From an uncultured Gammaproteobacteria bacterium (GTDB lineage: Bacteria; Patescibacteriota; Microgenomatia; CAYXHB01), in contig CAZLQM010000003.1 in assembly GCA_964561945.1 (NCBI GenBank), positions 1,954 through 65,953 on the forward strand: DNA of 64,000 nt, given 5' to 3'. Within the stretch, counting starts at the first letter, position 1; each line of letters begins with the position of its first letter. The notes under the pieces are model-generated. The model did no database searches and was not told the DNA's origin. It saw only the letters and a program-made list of their open reading frames with translations. This document shows, one piece after another, positions 57,643 through 64,000 of this stretch. A program made the position numbers and the translations under genes.

Positions 57643-58905
57643 ATGAAATTTAAAGTATTGGCAAGTCAGAGAAATGCTCGTGTGGGTGAGATTGAAACGG
57701 ATCACGGTACAATATCTACCCCTGCGTTTGTGCCTGTAGGAACTCAGGCAACGGTCAAGAGTTTGGTAAGTGAAGATTTGGATGATTTGGGAGCAAGTTG
57801 TGTGTTGGCAAATACTTATCATCTGTATCTGCGACCTGGACATGAGGTTATAGAATCCTTGGGTGGATTACATAAATTTATGTCATATGACAAACCGATT
57901 TTTACTGATAGCGGAGGGTTTCAGGTGTTTTCGCTTGGTATTGCAATGGAGCAAGGGATTGGAAAGGTGATTGATTTGTTCGCGGATGATTCGCGGGAAG
58001 AAATGTCGTTGAATAAAAAGATTGAGAATATAAAAGAGCAAACTGCAATTTTGGATCGAAGATCTTTTTGTAAAATTGACGATGAAGGGGCAACTTTTAT
58101 GTCCCATTTGGATGGAACTCTGCATCGTTGGACAGCAGAAAAAAGTATGGAGATACAATCTGCTTTGGGTGCTGATTTGATATTTGCAATGGATGAGTGT
58201 ACTTCGCCGACCCATGATTATGAATATACGAAAAAATCTATGTATCGATCTCATGATTGGGAGAAGAGAAGTTTGGATAAATTTGCTATTTTGCAGTCAT
58301 TGCGGAAAAGCAAAGGTTTGTATGGACAAGGTTTGTACGGGATAATTCAAGGAGGGCAATATCAGGATTTGCGTGAGGAGTCGACTCGGTTCGTGGTAGA
58401 AAATAATTTTGATGGAATTGGAATTGGCGGGGCTTTGGTGTCCAAAAGGATTATGGGCGATGTTTTGGGCTATATAAAGCCATATTTGGACGATAATAGG
58501 CCACGACATTTATTGGGAATTGGGGGAGTGGATGATATTTTGGTAGGGGTGAGTCAGGGAGTCGATACTTTTGATTGTGCGCATCCAACTAGGATTGCAA
58601 GACGAGGACATTTGTTGATTCGGCCAGAATCAGGTGGAAATATAAAGAATAAATGGAGAGTTGCAGTTGCAAGTAGTGATTGGGTAGGTGATAGTGGACC
58701 GATCGATAGGGCGTGTGATTGTTTTGCTTGTCGGAATTACAGTCGGAGTTATATAAAGCATTTATATTGGGCAGCTGAGCTAAGCTATCATCGATTGGCG
58801 ACAATTCATAATTTGCGATTTATGATAAAGCTGATGGAAGATATTAGAGAATCAATATTTGAGAATAAATTTGACCAATTTAAATCAAGGTGGATGGTAG
58901 AATAG
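57643..58905 (+). CDS. tgt: queuine tRNA-ribosyltransferase
   Basis: TDSGGFQVFSL and CxCxxC...H zinc site; ~420 aa with an insertion. Confidence 0.85.
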   Translation: MKFKVLASQRNARVGEIETDHGTISTPAFVPVGTQATVKSLVSEDLDDLGASCVLANTYHLYLRPGHEVIESLGGLHKFMSYDKPIFTDSGGFQVFSLGIAMEQGIGKVIDLFADDSREEMSLNKKIENIKEQTAILDRRSFCKIDDEGATFMSHLDGTLHRWTAEKSMEIQSALGADLIFAMDECTSPTHDYEYTKKSMYRSHDWEKRSLDKFAILQSLRKSKGLYGQGLYGIIQGGQYQDLREESTRFVVENNFDGIGIGGALVSKRIMGDVLGYIKPYLDDNRPRHLLGIGGVDDILVGVSQGVDTFDCAHPTRIARRGHLLIRPESGGNIKNKWRVAVASSDWVGDSGPIDRACDCFACRNYSRSYIKHLYWAAELSYHRLATIHNLRFMIKLMEDIRESIFENKFDQFKSRWMVE

Positions 58906-59650
58906 AGGAGTTTTCACGACATTTGTTTCACATCCTATAATAATTATAGGACTTTAGTGTATTGAAGTAAGTTTTGAGCGATGCATAGGTTTGCATGCGG
59001 AAAATATTTAGTTGTTATTTTAATTAAAATGTAAGTTGACTTCTGTGTCAGGAGAAGTGATAAAAGAGCTAATTTGTGTATGTTATAAGTATTTTTTTTG
59101 AAGAATTTAGAGTCAGGTTTGGTGATATGAGAATAATTAATATTAGGTCTATTCTACTATGGTGGAGAGGTGGATAATGTACGTCGCACAATATAACTTT
59201 TGCGACATAGAACTTAGATGTGAAGAGGAGAAATGATTATTAGAAATTGATTGTTATTTGATTGCTATTATTGTTTTTTGCGACTGTGAGCAAGATATAA
59301 ATTAATTGAATAATCCACTATTTGTTTTAATTAGACGTATTAATAAATACGAATATTATACGAATATTCTAGGGCGTTTAAATTCTGGAAAATCATAAAT
59401 TAGGTCGATTGTTGGTTAATATTAAGATATTTTGGGGTCATAATTTATTATGATATAGATATTTATTGTATTTAGATTTATTTTTGGTGACGTCTATTGA
59501 CTGTCATTTACATATGGTTTTTATTTGTAAGTTGCATTTAATAAAATACAATTTGTGTTTATTAAATATATTGTGTACCTCATGAGTTGGAGTGCTTATA
59601 TATTTTTTAAAATGATGACATGAAACATTGGTTTGTGATACAAATAAATT

Positions 59651-60649
59651 ATGTCGCACAATCCATCGATGCTTCCTCAAGGGAATTTGGAGATGTTGTT
59701 GGGTGATTTTTTTGATTATTTGTTGGTTGAGCGACAGGTGTCTGTGTTGACTGTGAGGAATTATCGACATTATTTGGAACGATTTGCAGGGTGGATTTTT
59801 GAGGCTGGGAGAACTAAGTTCGATGTGGAAGAAATTGATCAAACGTTGATACGTAAATACCGAGTTTGGTTAGCATCGTTTCCTGTAGAAGGTGGAGGAG
59901 TATTGGACGGAGTGACTCAGAGTTATCATGTGATTGCCCTACGCTCTTTTTTGCGATGGTTGATTAAGACTGATCATAAGGTATTGGCGCCTGATCAGTT
60001 GGATTTGCCAAAGGCAAAAAATCGCAGGGTTGAGTTTATGAGTATGGATGAAGTAGAAAGATTGTTGGAAATGCCAATCACCTCTACTCTATCGGGATTG
60101 CGTGATAAAGTTATATTGGAAATGTTATTTAGTACTGGGTTGCGAGTTAGTGAGTTAGTGGGGTTGGATCGAGATCAGATTAATATCGAGCGGAGAGAGT
60201 TTGGGGTCAAAGGAAAAGGTGGGCGTGTAAGAGTGGTGTTTTTGAGTGAGCAAGCGACCCATTGGCTAGAAAGTTATCTGGTAACTCGGGATGATGAATG
60301 GGAACCGCTGTTTATAAACTATCGAGGAAGCGCGCAGAGTGAGTCTGTGGAAGAAGAAATGAAGAAATTCGATCCAGAGTATGGTAAGGCGCGGAGATTG
60401 ACAGCTCGGAGTGTACAGAGAATAGTAAAGTTGTATGCCAAAAAGGCAAAGATTCCGATTACGATAACCCCGCATGTGATTAGGCATTCGTTTGCAACGG
60501 ACTTGTTAACTGCAGGAGCGGATCTTAGAAGTGTACAAGAATTATTGGGACATAAGAATATTGCGACTACACAAATCTATACGCATGTGACTAATCGGCA
60601 ATTGAAAAATGTACATGAGCAGTTTCACAGTAAGGGAAAGGATTTTTGA
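59651..60649 (+). CDS. tyrosine site-specific recombinase (XerC/XerD-like)
   Basis: catalytic box RHSFATDLL...LLGH...TQIYTHV with active-site Tyr; SAM-like N-domain. Confidence 0.8.
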   Translation: MSHNPSMLPQGNLEMLLGDFFDYLLVERQVSVLTVRNYRHYLERFAGWIFEAGRTKFDVEEIDQTLIRKYRVWLASFPVEGGGVLDGVTQSYHVIALRSFLRWLIKTDHKVLAPDQLDLPKAKNRRVEFMSMDEVERLLEMPITSTLSGLRDKVILEMLFSTGLRVSELVGLDRDQINIERREFGVKGKGGRVRVVFLSEQATHWLESYLVTRDDEWEPLFINYRGSAQSESVEEEMKKFDPEYGKARRLTARSVQRIVKLYAKKAKIPITITPHVIRHSFATDLLTAGADLRSVQELLGHKNIATTQIYTHVTNRQLKNVHEQFHSKGKDF

Positions 60650-60653
60650 GGTA

Positions 60654-60750
60654 GACTTCTCTACCCTGCGCTATTATTGGCGTGATTATAGCGTGATAAG
60701 CACACTTGAGTTATGCAAAAAAAGCCCCGTAGCAAGGTTAGCTGCGGGGC
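60654..60750. repeat. ~75-bp repeat plus terminator hairpin (copy 1) at the 3' end of 60772..61341
   Basis: near-identical to 61468..61555; ends with AAAAAAAGCCCCG...CGGGGC. Confidence 0.6.
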
Positions 60751-60771
60751 GATGGATGTTTTCTGGGAGTG

Positions 60772-61341
60772 TTATGCCTGTCTGAATCGGAGATCCATGA
60801 TTTCCTGTTCGGAACTCTCGAGTTGCTCGAGAGTTGTTTCTGCTGCAGAAATCTCACTACGTAGGTGTTTGAGATATTCTGTAAACAGAAGCAGGTTGCC
60901 TCGAGTTTGACGAAGTAGCCTCAAGTATCCCTCCGCTTGTTGTCGATGGTATTTCCGGTTGATTTTTGAAATCAACTCTTCAGAACTCCCAAGCCATTTC
61001 AGTGTGATTCGTCCTTCTTGGAGGTGATATCTGAGACACTCAATCTCAGAGGTCATGTCCTCTATCTGGTAAAAATCTTCTGGTTTGCTGGCTTCATAGC
61101 GAAGTGTATAAAGGATTTCTTTTGCGAGTTCTTGGTGCCACTGGATGCGGCGTTTGCAGATTTCAGCTCTTGATGTACCGAAAAACTCGATAGGTTTACC
61201 CGAGGCTTTGGAGTGCAGCAAAAATTTATTTTCCCACGTTTTAAAATCATCGTGGAAATAAATTTCTTCGCTGCGAAGTGCTGTGAGACCCTCTGAGGCC
61301 ATCATGATATGCTCGGCTTGTGTGTATTTCGGCTGTGGCAT
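60772..61341 (-). CDS. hypothetical protein (189 aa), paralog of the disrupted gene at 61586..62125
   Basis: shares N-terminal AEHIMMASEGLTALRS...FFGTS with the downstream copy; conserved promoter element E2. Confidence 0.45.
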   Translation of the reverse strand: MPQPKYTQAEHIMMASEGLTALRSEEIYFHDDFKTWENKFLLHSKASGKPIEFFGTSRAEICKRRIQWHQELAKEILYTLRYEASKPEDFYQIEDMTSEIECLRYHLQEGRITLKWLGSSEELISKINRKYHRQQAEGYLRLLRQTRGNLLLFTEYLKHLRSEISAAETTLEQLESSEQEIMDLRFRQA

Positions 61342-61417
61342 TTGTTTCTCCTTGGTTTTTAAAGTTCCACCGGTGATTCAACGTAGGCTGAACCAATCCT
61401 TGTTTAGGATGATGGAT

Positions 61418-61445
61418 ATTATAGGTTTTTAAACTCAGAAGTCAA
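61418..61445 (-). promoter_or_regulatory. conserved promoter/operator/leader element copy E2
   Basis: TTGACT...CTATAAT, operator ATCCTAAAcaAGGAT, hairpin, GGTGGAAC, RBS AAGGAGA. Confidence 0.5.
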
Positions 61446-61467
61446 TACTATAAGATGTTATCAAATG

Positions 61468-61555
61468 CAGACTTCTCTACCCTGCGCTATTATTAGCGTG
61501 ATAAGCACACTCAAGTTATGCAAAAAAAGCCCACGGTTTGGGGAAACCGTGGGAT
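61468..61555. repeat. ~75-bp repeat plus terminator hairpin (copy 2) at the 3' end of the pseudogene
   Basis: CCCACGGTTT/AAACCGTGGG stem preceded by an A-run on +. Confidence 0.6.
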
Positions 61556-61585
61556 AGGTGGATGTCTCTTTGGGAAAAACTAAAG

Positions 61586-62125
61586 CTAAAGCTGGCGGAA
61601 GCGGATCTGATCGATCTTTTCTTCTGATATCCCCAGCTCATCAAGCGTGGTGCGAGCTTTTTGAGCAAAATCCTCGAGCTTGTTGAGGAGTTGAGTGAAT
61701 TTGTAAAGATCTTCTGAGAGTTGTGAAAGCTCAATCCACGTCATTAGAGCATAGTGTTTGTAATGTTGGAGCCTGAGAGATTGAATTTTAGCCTCTGAAA
61801 GCCCCATGTCTTCAAGTGTCAATCGAGCTGCCTTGAGATGAAAGCGGAGATGCTTGACAGCCCCTTCTGAGAAATACTGAGGAATGTTTTCCTGCAAGTA
61901 TTTGGCAAAATAATGTGCTTGGGCAGTGTGCCATCGAATGTAGTGCTTGAAGATTTCGGTCTATGAGGTGCCAAAGGCTTCAATTGGTTTTTCTGAAAGC
62001 CTTTGATGTCTCCAAAATTCGTCTTCCCAAATTTTAAAGTTTTGAGAAACGATTTCTAGGCTACGCAAAGCAGCAAGGCATTGCCTTGCCATCATCTCAT
62101 GCTCATTAGGTGTATAAGCCGTCAT
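61586..62125 (-). pseudogene. paralog of 60772..61341 interrupted by an in-frame TAG (61958..61960) at a position that is Arg in the intact copy
   Basis: ORF-track pieces 61586..61897 and 61961..62158 are in the same frame and align colinearly with the intact paralog. Confidence 0.55.
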
Positions 62126-62204
62126 TGCGTTTTTCCTCCTTGAGATGTCAAAGTCCACCGATAATTCAACAAGTGTTGAACTAATCCTGAATTAGGATAC
62201 GTGT

Positions 62205-62232
62205 ATTATAGGATTGTGGGTTAGTTTGTCAA
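62205..62232 (-). promoter_or_regulatory. conserved promoter/operator/leader element copy E3
   Basis: TTGACA...CTATAAT, operator ATCCTAATTCAGGAT, hairpin TTCAACA/TGTTGAA, GGTGGAC, RBS AAGGAGG. Confidence 0.5.
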
Positions 62233-62330
62233 TGTTATAAGGTACGGGGAAAGCAGACTTTTTTATTTTTTGTGTTATTTTTAGCGCGATTATGACGTGA
62301 TATTTTATGAAGAATATAAGTTTTGGGTTA

Positions 62331-64000
62331 TTAGTTTAGCTCTAGTTGTGTATCGTTGATGATTTCGCCTTCGAGGACGGCTGCGGTAGTGACGAAGTCG
62401 TTAGGGCGAGGTCTCATGAGGATGACCCCTTGGGTGGCTCTTCCTAGGGTGGGGACGTTTTTGATGGGGAGTTTGATGACTTGGGCTGATTTGGTGGTGA
62501 TTAAGAGTTCAAGTGAGTCTTGGTTGACTAATCTGGCGGCGACAATGTGGCCTGTTTTAGCTGTGACGTTAGCTATTTTGACTCCCTGACCTCCCCTGCC
62601 TTGGAGTGGAAATTGACTGATTACAGTTTGTTTGCCTAGACCATTTTCCATGACGACGAGAATGGTGGGTTTAGGATTAAGTGTTTCCATGCCAGAGGAG
62701 ATAACTTCGCAACCGACAACATAGTCATCGGGTGACGAGAGCTTCATGCCGATGACACCCATGGTGTCGCGACCTGTGGCTCGTATGTCTTCTTCGGAGA
62801 AGCGGATGGATTTGCCGTTATAGGAAACTAGGAGGAGATGGTCTTTGCCTTGTGTAGCTAATGCGCGGACTAGTTTGTCGTCATCTTTGAGGTTAATGGC
62901 AATTAAACCATTGACACGAATATTGGCGTATTCGGAGAGGGCGGTTTTTTTAACTGTGCCTTTACGGGTTGTAAGAAGTACATACTGGGATTTGTTTTGG
63001 AATTGTTCATTATTAAGAGTTAATAGTGATTGGACTGTTTCGGTGCTTTCGATGTTGAGCAGATTGACTAAACTTGAACCTTTGGAGGTACGAGAGCCTT
63101 CGGGAAGTTCCCAGACTTTGAGTTTGAATACTTTGCCTTTGTCGGTGAAGAAAAGAATATGATCGTGAGTTTCGGCAGAGATTATATGGGCGATATCGTC
63201 TTCGGCTTTGGTGGTCATGCCAGAAACGCCTTTGCCACCGCGTTTTTGTTGACGGAAGGCTTGGGGCTGGAGACGTTTGACGTAGCCTGAATTGGTGATG
63301 GCAATGACGGTTTTTTCGCGAGGGACAAGATCCTCTTCGTTGAAGTCGCCCAAAGGATGAGGGACGATTTTAGTCCGGCGTTCGTCGCCGAAGTCTTTGA
63401 TAAGTTGTTTAACTTCGTCTGAGATAACGGTAATTATTTTTTCGGGGTGCATGAGTAAGTCTTCGAGATGGCGAATTGTAGCCATAATTTCGTTGTATTC
63501 GTCTTCAATTTTTTTGCGTTCAAGACCTGAGAGTTTGCGTAGTTGCATGTCAAGGATGGCAACAGATTGGATTTCAGATAAACCAAATTTGGACATTAAG
63601 TTGTTTTTGGCTTCATCAGTGTCTTTGGAGGCACGAATGGTTTTAATGATTTCGTCAATATGATCAAGGGCTATTTTGAGTCCTTCGAGGATATGAGCTC
63701 TATATCGGGCATTACGCAGGTCAAATTGTGAACGACGGACAATAATGACTTGACGATGTTTGACGTATTCGGTAAGGATTTGTTTGAGGGAAACAGTTTG
63801 GGGGGTCCCATCGACGAGAGCAACGATGTTGGCTGGGAAATTGGTTTGGAGTTGGGTGTGCTTATAGAGTTGGTTAAGCACGGCCTTGGGTTTGGCGTCT
63901 TTCTTGAGCTCAATGACGACTCTGATACCTTGGCGGTCAGATTCGTCGCGTAAATCACTGATGCCATCGACTTTTTTGTCTCGGACAAGTTCGGCGATTT
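62331..64000 (-). CDS. gyrA: DNA gyrase subunit A (3' portion; gene continues beyond the window end)
   Basis: IRVVIELKKDAKPKAVLNQLYKHTQLQ and the following C-terminal beta-pinwheel repeats; no start codon inside the window. Confidence 0.9.
   Translation of the reverse strand, partial: IAELVRDKKVDGISDLRDESDRQGIRVVIELKKDAKPKAVLNQLYKHTQLQTNFPANIVALVDGTPQTVSLKQILTEYVKHRQVIIVRRSQFDLRNARYRAHILEGLKIALDHIDEIIKTIRASKDTDEAKNNLMSKFGLSEIQSVAILDMQLRKLSGLERKKIEDEYNEIMATIRHLEDLLMHPEKIITVISDEVKQLIKDFGDERRTKIVPHPLGDFNEEDLVPREKTVIAITNSGYVKRLQPQAFRQQKRGGKGVSGMTTKAEDDIAHIISAETHDHILFFTDKGKVFKLKVWELPEGSRTSKGSSLVNLLNIESTETVQSLLTLNNEQFQNKSQYVLLTTRKGTVKKTALSEYANIRVNGLIAINLKDDDKLVRALATQGKDHLLLVSYNGKSIRFSEEDIRATGRDTMGVIGMKLSSPDDYVVGCEVISSGMETLNPKPTILVVMENGLGKQTVISQFPLQGRGGQGVKIANVTAKTGHIVAARLVNQDSLELLITTKSAQVIKLPIKNVPTLGRATQGVILMRPRPNDFVTTAAVLEGEIINDTQLELN

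Noticed and set aside
59651-62290. Integron (integrase plus gene cassettes with attC-like repeats)
   Set aside because: The recombinase and the downstream genes are convergent rather than divergent. Each gene carries its own conserved promoter. The 75-bp repeats look like terminator-containing duplication boundaries rather than attC sites with R/L core boxes.
58906-64000. Chromosomal replication origin near gyrA / xer in the AT-rich region
   Set aside because: The + strand remains G+T-rich on both sides with no skew reversal. DnaA-box-like words are imperfect and isolated. No dnaA or dnaN is in the window.
1-64000. Alternative genetic code with UGA as sense codon, as in some candidate-phylum bacteria
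   Set aside because: TGA cleanly terminates conserved genes (for example dus at 26572-26574) at the expected C-termini. The standard code fits every recognisable gene.
1-64000. CRISPR arrays, rRNA genes, IS transposases
   Set aside because: No regularly spaced short direct repeats, no rRNA-like conserved stretches and no transposase-like ORFs were seen. The only tRNA found is tRNA-Leu at 45198..45284.

Overview
Low-GC (roughly 40%) bacterial chromosomal segment read with the standard code: TGA, TAA and TAG all terminate conserved genes at the expected ends. The + strand carries a strong G+T excess across the whole window, whichever way the genes point. Gene content is mostly information-processing backbone, with small ribosomal proteins carrying Lys-rich extensions, many short hypotheticals, VirB2/TrbC-like pilin paralogs, lgt-like plus lspA, and few metabolic genes. 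This suggests a small-genome, possibly Patescibacteria/CPR-like organism (inference only). Backbone genes: folD; rpsB-tsf-frr-rseP; rpsU-yqeY-ybeY; dnaX-ybaB-recR; cysS; gmd plus a sugar reductase; rarA; a receiver/histidine-kinase pair; dus; a glycan-modification cluster (two SAM methyltransferases, GT2, polytopic membrane protein, PAP2); ychF; rpsF-ssb-rpsR; ctpA; dnaB; efp; lspA; an rluA-family gene; htrA; prfA; rpmE; a kefB-like antiporter; yebC; tgt; a xer-type recombinase; and gyrA, which runs off the 3' edge of the window. Unusual regions: (1) a compositionally foreign three-gene module at about 43.5-45.1 kb (XRE regulator, DNPH1/nucleoside-deoxyribosyltransferase-like protein, SAMHD1/dGTPase-like HD hydrolase). 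It is wedged beside tRNA-Leu(CAA), flanked by GC-rich palindromes, and is the best candidate for an undescribed nucleotide-depletion/defence system. (2) An ATP-grasp / QEGLA-zincin / Mrr-cat / HExxH cluster at 20.5-25.6 kb with an apparent -1 frameshift. (3) Three minus-strand genes sharing a conserved promoter-operator-5'UTR element. Two of them form a tandem duplication, and the second copy carries an in-frame TAG. (4) Two pilin-like paralogs sharing an identical ~440-bp 5' segment but with different C-terminal domains (LamG lectin versus a Cys-rich tail). No rRNA, CRISPR array or IS transposase was seen. Exactly one tRNA was found.
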